A DNA stretch of 64,000 nt from the human T2T-CHM13v2.0 reference genome, Homo sapiens, in the NCBI RefSeq assembly GCF_009914755.1, contig NC_060931.1; one strand, given 5' to 3'. The notes under the pieces were generated by a model. It ran no database searches. It saw only the letters and a program-made list of their open reading frames with translations, and was not told the origin of the DNA. A program made the position numbers and the translations under genes. Of the stretch, positions 25,266 to 51,779 are shown piece after piece. Every line of letters starts with the position of its first letter. Position 1 is the stretch's first letter.

Positions 25266-26489
25266 GACAGCTTGTTGTAAATTCTCTTTGCCCAGCACTC
25301 GTCACAGGGGCTGGCCCTTTCCGAGCTCATGTCATGTTGTCATTTCCACACTCGATCCTAACTTTCCTTCATCGCGAGGTCTTTCCCACTGTAGGACACA
25401 CGGGGCCACCTGTGAGTAGCGGAGACCCGTGGTACCAGGAGCCCACCTAACACTGCGGTCCCTGCCTCTCTCACCCAGACAGCTGCAGGGAGGTAGGTGA
25501 GGCTTGGGCAGCAGCCCTGCTCACACAGGGCCGGGGCTTCGGGACCCAACTGTACATTTCAGGCTGCAGGAGGGGAAGAATCAGTGAAACATGGGCCTCT
25601 GCTGCATCACGCTCAACCCTGGGCCTGACCTCGTTCTGTGGCCACACCCAGCCACAAGCAATGCCAGCCAAGAACCTAGAACCCAGGGCTTAGTTCTGAA
25701 GAACAAAGGGAAGATGCTCCCTGGAGGACACTGGCAGTTTCCACTTGGAAAAGTTATGCTTTCCAACTCGAATGGGCTGAGGTTTCCGTCCCAGTACCCT
25801 GGGTTCTCTAGTGACCAGAAAGACCCCTGGTCGAGACCAGGGAGCACCCACCACCTGATCAGGGACACGGAGATGGCTCTCAGATCGTCCAGCCATTCTG
25901 GGGAGGCCAGCCCCGCCATCCCCCAAAGATTGCGGTTAAATTTCTCCGCAGCTTCAGATGCATTTGCAGTTCTTTGGAACTTCAGGTATTTAAAGATTCT
26001 CCAACTGGGTTCAGGGCTCTGTCTGACTCCACAGTCATGACTCATAAATTGTGGTAATAACATAAATATTTGGGAAATGAATGAGGCTGGGAGCCTAGGA
26101 AGTGAGGATGTTACGGCTGGTGGAGGAGAAGGCTGAGACCCATACTGAAATTATAAATCTAAAGGGAAAGGAATGCAGAGTCGGTCCAGCAGCCACAATC
26201 TGGTATCTTGGTGGAGTGAGAGCCACACGAGAGGTTTCCTTGCCTCTCAGGTTAGTTCATCTTACCTAGATCACCTGAGGCCCCGCAGAATGGGAGCCAT
26301 TGTTCCCTTCCATTAACAGCACACAAGGAGCAGTTGTCACCACTGGCAGAATAACAATGAGAGCATTATGATTGCATTTCCTATGAATGGAAGGCATCAT
26401 TGCCATGATTTTTCCATTTGAAACTATTTCACTCTGAAGTGAGGAAAAGTACCAGATTAAAAAGAATGAAAGTTTCCTTGTTTTCAATT

Positions 26490-26884
26490 TGACAGAGACA
26501 AAATTACCACAAACTTGGCTTTATTTGCAATTCTAGAACTGGGAAACACCCCATTCTATAAAACAGAACGAGGGCTCCTGCGTGCTGGGTAGAGGAGGTT
26601 GGTTCTGTAAACAGAAAGGGGCTGAGGAGGCAGACACAGAACAAAAAGCAGATTGGTCATTTCCAAGAGGTTTTCCTTGGAAGGTTCCAGCAGAGGGGAC
26701 TTCCTCATCATGCTGGCAAGACCTGGCTGGCTTGGGGCTATTCCCTGTCTCCTGGTTTCCTGGAAGGTGAGATGAACAAGTTAGTTTTGGCTTGGTGACG
26801 TGGAACTCTAGCATGAGTGGCTGTGTTTTGGGCTGGTCTACCAGGCCTAGAGCAGGAGCTCAGGCCAAACCAGTGCACTCCTGT
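26490..26884 (-). mobile_element. MER31-family solo LTR (inverted relative to the copy at 9362)
   Basis: The reverse complement aligns without gaps to 9382-9705 (21 mismatches in 324 nt by hand count) and ends aattttgtctctgtca. Confidence 0.75.
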
Positions 26885-26919
26885 ATAGTGCAGCCTTGAC
26901 ATAACTAACTCCATCTTGA

Positions 26920-29465
<2,546 letters not shown>

Positions 29466-30276
29466 GTATGGCCTTCCTAAATTGGAATTATTTCAACAAT
29501 GTCCATTTTTTCTGATATAATTTCTGTTAAGTCATCAGTAAAATGTATCGATTACGTCTGGATTTACTTAAAAGAGCCTCCCTCTCGTGAACTGCCCCGA
29601 GTTGTACGTGCCCTAAAGTGAGGAAAGCATCTCGCCGAGCCGGTCCGGAGAGGCAGGCTATGTGCCTGTGTCCACTGCCTCCTGCCTCCAGTAAGCACAC
29701 ATCGTGTGTCCATCCAGCTAATGGCCAGATGAGCAACCTACCGCTGCACATGTATCCCTGGCTTGGGTGTTACTGCCGTGACCTTTAACCTCTTTTAACA
29801 ATTGGAAGCCCACTGTGTGCCACCACGCCGAAGGCTGAGCATCTCTGGGGATGGAGAGTGAGGCGGCAGAGCTGCATGGGGCAGCGCAGGTGCACGTCGT
29901 CAATTCTCTGAATCAGAAAGTGAACTGGAGGTGAGTGTGAGGGAAGAGAATAAAAACCCGACCCAGCCCTGGGAGCGGGCTCTGCAGCGCGCCTGTGGCT
30001 CTGCCCGCGGCTGCTGGCTCTCACCTTTCTGGCCGCCATGCTGGGCAAGGATGCAGGACTCCTGCCCTGCCTTCCTGGGGGCCAGAGGCCTGCAGGGCAC
30101 CCTCGACTGTGGGCGGCATGGCTGGGGCCTCAACAGCTCCTCTCAGGTAGGCTGCCCTTCCAGTATCGAAGACTCGTCACCCATGTCCCCTCTTTCCAGG
30201 CCTCCACTCCATTGGGGACCCACATCCTCCTGCTGCTTTCGTGGGATCCGTGCTGGTCGCTTTCTCAGGACTGAAT

Positions 30277-32567
<2,291 letters not shown>

Positions 32568-32681
32568 CAATGAGTGCCCAGAGCCTTTGATCTTCTAAAA
32601 AAGTCACACACCTCTCTAGTGTGTCCATGTCCAATTAAGCCACTGTCCAAGAATACGTTTGTTCATTCACTCATTCCATCA

Positions 32682-33021
<340 letters not shown>

Positions 33022-33200
33022 TCAAACAACTGGGGTCACTTACCTATGGGTTATATACCAGCCCATATTATTGAATAAATGTTTTCTTAGGAGTGTCAAA
33101 AGACAAAATTAGGCTGGGCACGGTGGCTTACACCTGTAATCCTAGCACTTTCAGAGGCTGAGGCGGGCGGATCACTTGAGACCTCCTGGGCAGGAGTTCA

Positions 33201-33464
<264 letters not shown>

Positions 33465-33486
33465 CTACTTGGTGAATACCTTTTGA

Positions 33487-33717
<231 letters not shown>

Positions 33718-34402
33718 TAGCCAGGATTGTCTGGATCTCCTGACCTTGTGATCCGCCCGCCTCAGCCTCCCAGAGTGCTGGGATTACAGGCATGAGCCAC
33801 CGCACCCAGCCCACTTGATTATTTTTTCAAATTTTCTGTAGGTTTGAAAAATGAAATCAGAAACGGGGACAGTGTTTTGTGTTTTGTGTTAAAGGGACGG
33901 TCAGCTGGCGCATGGGACCTCTGCAGCCTGGCTTTGGGCCCTTGGACGCTGATGACCCCGCCATGCCCAGGAGCCCCGGGTGGCTCCCTTGAGCTGCAGG
34001 TTGAGCTTGTCAGGGCCTGCCCAGTGGCTGCTGGGAAGGGACAGGGAAAACCCTGCCCTGTCATTTCATAGGGCTGAGCATCAACTAGAAAAGAAAATTT
34101 CCCAGATTTCAGACTTCAAAAAAGTGGGGGAAGTGTGGGGAAAATCTACCAATTGACTGAAAATGAGAAAACATTCCCTCTGGAGGGGACGCTGCTTGAC
34201 AGGCTGAGTGCTAGAGAAGCTTGCAAGAGCAACAAAGGCCCGGCTTTAGTTTCCTCCGCAGAATCTGCCTGTTCTTTCACTCTGCTGATCACTCTCAGGG
34301 TTCAGGCATGAAGAGGAGACCTCAGCGTTCTGAGCCCAGGACAGTCACTTCCTTCTGGCTCAGCTGAGGGTTCCTGGAGGCGTTTGTTTGCGTGCTGTCT
34401 CA

Positions 34403-34870
<468 letters not shown>

Positions 34871-34873
34871 TCA

Positions 34874-34978
<105 letters not shown>

Positions 34979-34981
34979 TTA

Positions 34982-35485
<504 letters not shown>

Positions 35486-35769
35486 TTAACCCTCATGGTT
35501 TGAATTTTCTCTCAAATAGCATAACAGAGATTAGTCTGCTCTGAGTTTGACTCCTCTCATTACTTCATGAGGCAGCCCCTTCCATTTGGAGAAGTGTGGA
35601 TGAAAATTATTGCAAACACCCACCTCCTCTGTAAAGCTCCCCCGTGTCTGCTCACCCTGATGACCTTTTAGAGCCCGGGCAGGGACCTGAAGGCTACTGG
35701 TAGGGACAGTTTATAACAGGGGACTACATGTCCCGCGAGAGAGGCCACGAGTGGCATAGGTTATGCATG

Positions 35770-35942
35770 GAGCTATGGTTGGCCTGGAAGGTCACCCCGA
35801 GGATCTCATCCTGAGCTATGGTTAGCCTGGAAGGTCACCCCGAGGATCTCATCCTGAGCTATGATTGGGCCTGGAAGGTCACCCCAGGATCTCATCCTGA
35901 GCTATGATTGGGCCTGGAAGGTCACCCCTGCATCTCGTCCTG
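35770..35942. repeat. 43-bp minisatellite, 4 copies
   Basis: agctatg recurs at 35771, 35814, 35857 and 35900; unit ~gagctatggttggcctggaaggtcaccccgaggatctcatcct. Confidence 0.95.
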
Positions 35943-36787
35943 GGTCCAGCTCAGTCTAGGGCTGTCTTTGTTTTATTTTGTTGAGACAGAGACTTCCTCT
36001 GTAGCCGAGGCTGGAGTGCAGTGGCTCCATCCCAGCTCACTGCAACCTCCACCTTATGGGTTCAAGTGATTCTCATACCTCAGCCTCCTGAGTAGCTGGG
36101 ATTAAAGGCAAGCACCACGACACCTGGTTAATGTTTGTATTTTCAGTAGAGACAGGGTTTTGCCATGTTGGCCAGGCTGGTCTTGAACTCCTGACCTCAA
36201 GTCCTGATCCACCTGCCTCGGCCTCCCAAAGTGCTGGCGTTACAGGCTTGAGCCACCCTGCTTGGCCTTGGGCTTGTCTTTGAGATGGAGTCTCGCTCTG
36301 TTGCCCAGGCTGCAGTGCAGTCGTGCCATTTCAGCTCACTGCAACCTCCGTTTCCTGGGTTCAAGTGATTCTCCTGCCTCAGCCTCCTGAGTAGCTGGGA
36401 TTACAGGCGCACGCCACCAAGCCTGGCTAATTTTTTTTTTGTATTTTTAGTAGAGACGGGGTTTCAACATGTTGATCAGGCTGGTCTGGAACTCCTGACC
36501 TCATCAGCTGCCCGCCTTGGCCTCCCAAAGTGTTGGGATTACAGGCTTGAGCTACCGCCCCCGGCCTGGGCTTGTCTTTTGTTGTTGTTGTTGTTGCTGA
36601 GGCTGGTCTCAGACTCCTGTGCTCAGTGATCCTATTGCCTCAGACCTTCAAGCAGCTGGAACTGCAGGTGGAAGCCACCACAGCATTCTGAGCCCAGAAC
36701 TCTGGGCTCAGAGCCTGGCTTTTTCATTTTTATACTGTGGTTTTTGGAAAGTGAAAGTGTTTAATTTTGAAGAGATCTAATTTATGA

Positions 36788-37012
<225 letters not shown>

Positions 37013-37236
37013 TGAACTTTTGACCTTGCGATCCTCCCGCCTCGGCCTCCCAAAGTGCTGGGATTACAGGCATAAGCCTCTGCGCCCAGCCATGAATTTT
37101 TTTCTTTTATGGCAAATGCTTTTGGTATCCTGAGCAAAAAAACTCTGCCTCCCAGAAAGTCTCAATTATTTTCACCTGTTTTCTTCTAGAAGTGTTATTG
37201 TTTCAGATTTTCATTTGAGTTTGTGATCTCTCTTGA

Positions 37237-37629
<393 letters not shown>

Positions 37630-37909
37630 TGAACTCCTGAGCTCAAGCTATCCTCCCGTCTCGGTTTCCCAAAGTGCTGGGATTATAGGGATGAGCCCCT
37701 GCATCCAGCGGAAATAAAATTTTTAGAATAAAACTCTTGCATTTTTTGATGGCAGCCCTTATATACTTGGTATTATTATTACTACTATGAATGATATTGA
37801 AATCACAGTGAATGCCAATTTGCAAAACATATGAAATACAGAATTAGGCCGGGCGTGGTGACTCATGCCTGTAATCCCAGCACTTTGGGAGGCCGAGGTG
37901 GGCATATCA

Positions 37910-38176
<267 letters not shown>

Positions 38177-38294
38177 CTAAATTTTAACTGATAAAATAGA
38201 AAGCCCTCAGCAAGGTCAGGAGCTCAAACATGGCCAAGTGCGGTGGCTCACCCCTGTAATACCAGCACTTTGGTAGGCCAAGGTGGGCAGATCA

Positions 38295-38543
<249 letters not shown>

Positions 38544-40134
38544 TTACTTTATATCAAAATAATGATTTGGTCCCATACTTTGTTCTGGGAAGGGTAGGGA
38601 ATATCTCTTCAATAGAAATTTGGCCGGGTGCGATGGCTCATGTCTGTAATCTCAGCACTTTGGGAGGCCGAGGCTTGTGGATCACCTGAAGTCGGGAGTT
38701 CGAGACCACCCTGGCCAACATGGAGAAACCCCGTCTCTACTAAAAATACAAAAATTAGCTGGGCATGGTGGCATGTGCCTGTAATCCCAGCTACTCAGGA
38801 GGCTGAGGCATGAGAATCACTTGAACCCAGGAGGTGCAGGTTACTGGGGGCTGAGATCATGCCACTGTACACCAGCCTGGGCGACAGAGCGAGATTCTGT
38901 CTCAATAAATAAATAATAAATAAATGAACAAATCAAAAACAGGCACATGCCTGTTGTCGTAGCTACTCAGGAAGCCGAGGTGGGAGGATCACTTGAGCTG
39001 GGGAGATGGAGGCTGCAGAGAGCCGTGAGCACGCACTTCATTCTAGCTTGGGCAACGTGGTGAGACTGTGTAAAAAATATATTTAAAAAAAATAAATACA
39101 AATAAAAAATTATTTCAATTAAATTGATTATAATTGAAAATTATAATAATTTGAAAGCAGTAAATATTTTATCGAATCGGAATTTGAAGTGCTAACACAG
39201 ATTCAACATATTTCTAGGGCAGATGGCAGGTCTTAAGGCTCAGCTCTGTTGAAAGGGACGGTGTCTGTGAAACTAACTGGAGCCTCCTGGGGCTTCAGTG
39301 TTGGTCCCAGCTGAACTTTTTTGTTTGTTTTGTTTTGTTTTTGAGACAGGGTCTCACTCTGTCACTCAGGATGGAGTACAGTGGTGTGATCTCAGCTCGC
39401 TGCAGGCTTGACCTTCCAGACTCAACCTATCCTCCCACTTTAGCCTCTCTAGTTACTGAGACTACAGTCACGTGCCACCATGCCCAACCAATTTTTCTTT
39501 TTTTAAATTTTTGTTCTGAGACACAGTCTCCCTCTGTTGCCCAAGCTGGAGTACAGTAGTGCAATCTTGGCTTACTTCAACCTCTGCCTCCTGGGTTCAA
39601 GCGATTTTCCTGCCTCAGCCTCCCAAGTAGCTGAGATACGGAGGCACCCGCCACCATGCCTGGCTAATTTTTGTATTTTTAGTAGACACAGGATTTCACC
39701 ATGTTGGCCAGGCTGGTCTCACCTCATGTGATCTGCCTGCATTGGCCTCCCAAAGGGCTGGGATTACAGGTGTGAGCCGCCGCGCTGGCCTCCAGCATTT
39801 GTTTTTTTCCTGAAGCTTTCCCTCCTCGCATTCTCCTCTCTCACGTAAGCCCTATGCTGTTGTTCCCCAAGATACTCTTTTTCTTCCTTTTAAACCTTAC
39901 CTATTCTCTAAAATGGGTGACTACTATTAGTTTAGTATTAGAGGGAACCCACTTGGTGATAGTGTTTGCATTGCTTTCTCTATTGGAATTTGTGTGTGTG
40001 TTTTAGTAGAGATGGGGTTTCACCATGTTGCCCAGGCTGGTCTCGAACTCCTGAGCTCAGGCAATCTGCCCGCCTTGGCCTCCCAAAGTGCAAGGATTAC
40101 AGGCGTGAGCCACTGCACCTGGCCTCTGTATTAG

Positions 40135-41217
<1,083 letters not shown>

Positions 41218-41849
41218 ATGCTTAAAAATTTAAAGAGGCAGCAACAACCACTTTTCTCAGTGAACTAATTCCTACAGTTGAGGTCTCAAGCACAACCACA
41301 CAGGGTTCTAACTAGGTGCTCTCAAGTACCAGGCAGGGTTTAACCCTGAGTTTCATTGTAATGTGTCCATGGTATTGCATGATGTCTAGATTTGATGTCC
41401 TTGCATTATGAGAACATAAGAACAACATATAGTAACAGAAACACATGATGCATGGTGATTTGGAGGAGTCTCGCGGTTGGAGGAGAGCGGACAAACCGTA
41501 ATGATGTGAAGTGAAGAAGCACTCATTAGAGAAGTGCCCAGCGAGCAGAAGCAAACGAAAAAGAAAGCAATCGCTGTGAGCATCAGAAACCAATGTGTAT
41601 GTCCCCAGTGAAGGGCTACCAAACGGAAGTTCCTGGAGCGCCAGGGCTCTCTGGGAAGAAACCCGTACAGGGTCCTGTGTGGCAATGGTGGGTCAATGGA
41701 AGCAGAGATACCAATGAATGTTTTCACTGGTCATTGAATTTCTCTTACCCTGTTTGTTAGCATTCATTCAAAGAAAACGAGGTCAAGGCCAGGTGCGGTG
41801 GCTCACACCTGTAATCCCAGCACTTTGGGAGGCCAAGGTGGGCGGATCA

Positions 41850-42162
<313 letters not shown>

Positions 42163-42903
42163 TCAATGTTAGGCTGACTGTCGCGTGGGGTGGGGTGCGG
42201 TTGGCTTGGGGAGAGACAGCCTTTCAGTTTGACTTTAAGATTTTCTTGTTGGGTACAGTGGCTCACGCCTGTAATCCCAACATTTTGGGAGGCTGAGGTG
42301 GGTGGATTCATTGAGCCCAGGAGTTCAACACCAGTTTAGGCAACAAAGTGAGACCATGTCTCTACAAAAAAAAACATAAAAAATTAGCCAGGCTTGTCCA
42401 GCTACTCAGGAGGCTGAGGTGGGAGGATTGCTTGAGCCTGGGAGGTCAAGGCTACAGTGAGCTGTGGTCGTGCCACTGCACTCCAGCCTGGGAAGAGTGA
42501 GACCTTGTCTCAAAAAAGGAAAAATTTTCTTTTTTTTTTTTTTGAAATGGAATCTCGTTCTGTCACCCAGGCTGTAGTGCAGTGGTACAATCTCGGCTCA
42601 CTGCAAGCTCCACCTTCCGGGTTCACGCCAATCTCCTGCCTCAGCTTCCCAAGGAGGTGGGACTACAGGTGCTCGCCACCACACCCAGCTAATTTTTTGT
42701 ATTTTTAGTAGAGATGGGGTCTCACTGTGTTAGCCAGGCTGGTCTCGATCTCCTGACCTCGTGATCCGCCCACCTCGGCCTCCCAAAGTGCTGGGATTAC
42801 AGGGGTGAGCCACCACGCCCGGCCAGAAGATTTTCTTCTGTCTCCTTCCTTCTGGGTTGGGGAACGGGATGATGCCTATTTTTTGTTTTGTTTTTTTAGT
42901 TAG

Positions 42904-43310
<407 letters not shown>

Positions 43311-43852
43311 TGATCAGCCCGCCTCAGCCTCCCAAAGTGCTGGCATTACAGGTGTGAGCCACCTTGCCCGGCCCCAGCTAAGTTTTGTATTTTTAGTAGA
43401 GATGAGGTTTTGCCATGTTCACCAGGCTGGTCTTGAAATCCTGACCCCAGGTGATCCACCTGCCTCAGCCTCCCAAACTGCTGGGATTACAGGTGTGTGC
43501 CACTACGCCCAGCTAATTGCTGTATTTTTAGTAGAGAGAAGGTTTCGCCAGGTTGGCCAGGCTGAAGGAGTGATGCCTGTTCTGAAGTGGGCACAGTGAC
43601 GATGGTGACAAGCCTTGCCACGCTTGGGGTTAGTGTTTCATTTTATCCAAGGTGGCCTCTTCAGTCATTGCTTCAGAGGCTCTGTAAGGCACCCGCTAGA
43701 ACCTTGGGATTCATTATTTAAAGCTTATTTATTGGCCGGGTGCGGTGGCTCACGCCTGTAATCCCAGCAATTTGGGAGACCGAGGCGAGAGGATCACGAG
43801 GTCAGGAGATCAAGACCATCCTGGCTAACATGATGAAACCTTGTCTCTACTA

Positions 43853-44110
<258 letters not shown>

Positions 44111-44354
44111 TCAGCAAGACAAACACTAAATCCCCAAACCATTTTTGGATATTTTTGTCATTTAAATGAGCCTAGTGGTGATGTGACTGCCATGATACCA
44201 GTCAGCCATAAAGGGATCAATGAAAAGCAATTGGGGCTGGGCACGTGGTTCACACCTGTAATCCCAGCACTTTGGGAGGCCGAGGGGGGTTGATCACTTG
44301 AGGTGAGGAGTTCAAGACCAGCCTGGCCACCATGGCAAAACCCTGTCTCTACTA

Positions 44355-44600
<246 letters not shown>

Positions 44601-44603
44601 TCA

Positions 44604-44870
<267 letters not shown>

Positions 44871-45803
44871 CTACAAATAATTTTTGGCATCAAACTCATT
44901 CTTTTGTTTCTAGATCCCGGTATGTAGTTTCTTTTCACAGCTATTCTAAAGTAATGCTGAATGATATATGGAGAATATAGAAGACTTTGCAGAGCTAGCA
45001 CGAAATTAAATTGTGACTTGATCTGTGACTATCACCCATCATCAGTATTATTTTTTCTCTAATGGTGTGCAGGTTTCCTGAGCACACAGAGTCTCCTGTG
45101 GATTCCTCCTGGGACACAGACCCTGTGCTTGCTTATTGTCAGGAGCTCACACTTTTCCTGGAAGGAGGAATGGGGAGCTTAATGCCACAGAGAGTTTACA
45201 TGGAACTGGTGTAGTGGATGTGTGGGAGCTGGACTTGCCCACATTAGCTGAATTTGTCGAAGTGGTGTTTCGTATCTAATTCCCCTACTCAAGTGAGACA
45301 AACCCATCTGCGAAGAAATCAGAGGATGCAAGGCTGAGAAGCAAACTCACGGCCCATCTCGTGTTTAGAGAAGCCTGACTTATCTTTGATCCAGTGTCCT
45401 GAGGCAGTGTGAGGCTGCTCACCAGCTGCCAATGAAAGCCCGGCCTGACCCACTTTCAAGGCCACGCAGACACAACAGTCTCTCCTGCCACAGTCGGGAT
45501 CTGTCACCACCAGCGGCCAGCCTTCGGGGAGTGCTGACCCGTGCTGACCAGCCTGACCAGCATGGTGAAACCCTGCCTCTACTGAAAATACAAAAATGAG
45601 CCAGGCGTGGTGGTGCATGCTTGTAATCCCAGCTATTTGGGAGGCTGAGGTGGCAGTATTGCTTATACCCGCTGGAACCCCGGAGGTGGAGACGCAGCAC
45701 CAGGTGCTTCTGTCTCGCCCTTTCTACTCCACATTTCCTCTTGGTCTATTTATTCTATATGTGAATACATTCCCATGCCACGAGGTTCAAACAAGAAGTA
45801 TAA

Positions 45804-45908
<105 letters not shown>

Positions 45909-46263
45909 TGAGACCAGCCTGGCCAACATGGTGAAACTAAGGATACAAAAAAATTAGCCAGGCGTGGTAGCGCACGTGCCTGTAGTCCCAGCTACTCAAG
46001 AGGCTCATGCAGGAGAATCAGAATCACTTGAACCCGGGAGGCAGAGGATGCAGTGAGCTGAGATCGTGCCACTGCACTCCAGCCTGGGTGACAGGGTGAG
46101 ACTCTGTCTCAAAAAAAAAAAAAAAAAGAAAAAATTCCTCTTTCCTTCTCTGCTTCTCAGGACTTACCCCTAACAGTTTTCTGCTCTTTTGCCCATCCCC
46201 AACCCCTGCAACTTAAAAAAAAGTTTTGTTTGTTTCTTTCGTTTGTTTCTTTTGTTTGTTTGA

Positions 46264-46563
<300 letters not shown>

Positions 46564-46566
46564 TGA

Positions 46567-46815
<249 letters not shown>

Positions 46816-48328
46816 TGAGTCACTGAACCTGCCAAAACAATTTTAAAGCTAAAGAAAAGTTAAAAGAATAGAATAGGCTGAGTGTGGTAGCTCATGCCTG
46901 TAATCCCAGCACTTTGGGAGGCTGAGGCAGGTGGATCACTTGAGGTCAGGAGTTTGAGAACAGCCTGACCAACATGGTTAAACCCCACCTCTACTGAAAA
47001 TACAAAAATGAGCCGGGCTTGGTGGTGCATGCTTGTAATCCCAGCTATTTGGGAGGCTGAGGTGGCAGTATTGCTTATACCCACTTGAACCGTGGAGGCG
47101 GAGGTTGCAGTGAGCTAAGATCATGCCACTTCCCTCCAGCCTGGGCGATAGAGTAAGACTTCGTCTCAAAAAAAAAACATGTGTGTGTATATATATACGT
47201 TTATGTCTATTAAACATATATATTTTGATATTTTTATTAAACATATATATTTTAAAAACATATTAAACATATATACCATTTTGATATTTTTTATTAAGCA
47301 TATATATGTTTAACAGGCAATATATTCACATAGTTTAAAACATATTCAGTGAACATCATTTTACCCTCAGCCCCCTCTTCTCTGTATTTTCTGCCCCACT
47401 CCCCAATGTCTTAAGTGTAATTGCAGAGTTTCTTATACAAATGCATGTTCTTTTTCTTTCTCTCCTTGCTATACACACTGTTCTAATGTTTTAAACCTTG
47501 CCTTTTTTTCTTACTTAGCAATATATCTTGATGATGATAAGATAAAGTGATTTCTAAGAATATATGTGAATAATTCTGTAATACAGTGAAAGTTCCTTAC
47601 TCCTGGCCTCAAGTCATCCTCCCACCTCAGTTTTCCAAAGTGCTGGGATTATAGGCATGAGAAAGTTCCTGTTTAGTGTGTTTGAATAATCAGGGATTAA
47701 GCCAATATTTGTCTTTTTTAAAGCTAACATTTCTAAAATGAGCAGTGGGTAATTTATTTTGATGGCGGGAAACGTAACAAGTAAAGCACTTATATATAGG
47801 ACTCTTCAAAGGTAATCAAATTTTAGGTATTCTTTGACAGTTTTGATTTACATACTTTCCTCTGAGGGTTTGAGCACAGGGATTTCATTAGAGAAACATT
47901 AAATAAGTATGTGTGTGAGATACCACAGTTCTCATACACTGCCCTGTTTATTTCTGATACCAGTATAGTAGCTATCCGTAGCTATCCTTCTTCCTATTTT
48001 ACAGATAGGGAAACCGAGGCTTGTTGATGTGGGTAAAGTCAGTGTGTCATCAGCCCTAAAGTTTTATTGGGCATCAGGGGATGTGGGCACCACAGGGAAC
48101 CATGCCTCGCACCCCTGTGGCCACTCAGCCTCCAGTCTGGCCCCAGTCAGCACTGGGTCCTCTTCCCTCTGCCCTGCAGCCTCTGTGCTTGCTGGCCCAT
48201 GAAGCTTCTCGGTCCACTTTTGGCCTTGAACATTTCAGCTGCCCTCAACCCCCGGGGCTCCCTGCAAGCCATTACCCCAAATCCATCCACATTCTCCACG
48301 CTCCTCCTTTCTTTCTTTTATTTTTTGA

Positions 48329-48799
<471 letters not shown>

Positions 48800-48855
48800 T
48801 GATAAAATTTATTGTATTGACATGCTTCTTAAAAATTATGTATGTATTTGTTTAG

Positions 48856-49290
<435 letters not shown>

Positions 49291-50076
49291 TAGGCGTGAG
49301 CCACTGTGCCTGGTCATAATTTTCTATGTATTTATTTTTGAGACAGGGTCTGTGTTGCCTAGACTGGAGTACAGTGGTGCTCTACTGAAGCCTGGACCTC
49401 CCTGGGCTGAGGTGATTCTCCCACCTCAGCCGCCTGAGTGGTTGGGACTATAGGTGTGTGCCACCGCACTTGGCTAATTTTGCTATATTTTGTACAGATG
49501 GGGTTTCACCAAGTTGCCCAGGCTGCTGTCGAACTCTTGAGCTCAAGCAATCTTCTCGCCTCGGCCTCCCAAAGTGCCAGAAAAAAATAATTTATTTTTG
49601 GTAGAAATGGGGTCTTGCGGTGTTACCTAGGCTGGTCTGGAATTCCTAGGTTCAAGCAATCCTCCTGCCTCAGCTTCCCAAAGTGCTGGGATTACAGGTG
49701 TGCACCACTGTGACCAGCCTGATACGCGTTTTAATGTGTGTGTGTGTGTGTATATATATATACACACACACACATACACACACATATATTTTCTTTTTCG
49801 AAGGGGGAAAAGCTATTTGTGGCTAGCCTACCACTTACAATGTAAAATTCATGTCTGTGCTGCTTACATTTCAAGATGAGCTCACAATCACTGTAGGGAC
49901 GTATTGACATGTAAAATGTCCCATGATAGTACTGTCTGTCCACACTGAGATGGAACTAAACCTCCATCAATCTGCAAGCAGATAGGTTACATGTGACAGT
50001 GCCAAGCTGTGCACATATCTGAAATTCCAGTCTTTGCTGAGATTATTTTAGGTTTTATTATGAGATGCCCATACTA

Positions 50077-50274
<198 letters not shown>

Positions 50275-50511
50275 TTAGGCATGCATGGTTGCTCATGCCT
50301 GTAATTCCAGCTACTCAGGAAGCTGAGACAAGAGAATCACTTAAACCTGGGAGGTGGAGGTTGCAGTGACCCTAGATTGTGCCACTGCACTCCAGCCTGG
50401 AGGACAGACAGAGAGACTCAGTCTCAAATAAGAATAGAGAATCCAGTCAGATTTTCCTTTGCTAACTGATCATTTGCTAGAAATGACATGCAGTAATACA
50501 ATTAAAGTTTA

Positions 50512-51309
<798 letters not shown>

Positions 51310-51413
51310 TTACTAACGAGCTATTTTAAACCAAAAGTGATTCAAGTGTTAAAGTGCCTTTTACTTGAATATCTCCCAGGCTTAAACGATCACGAATTCA
51401 TAAGCGTTGTTAG

Positions 51414-51779
<366 letters not shown>

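Noticed and set aside
35770-35942. CRISPR-like periodicity of the 43-bp and 44-bp repeats
   Set aside because: Head-to-tail tandem units with no unique spacers, in primate DNA.
41230-41785. Alu-free unique stretch as a possible lncRNA or snoRNA exon
   Set aside because: No convincing box C/D or H/ACA architecture, splice-site pair or recognisable homology.
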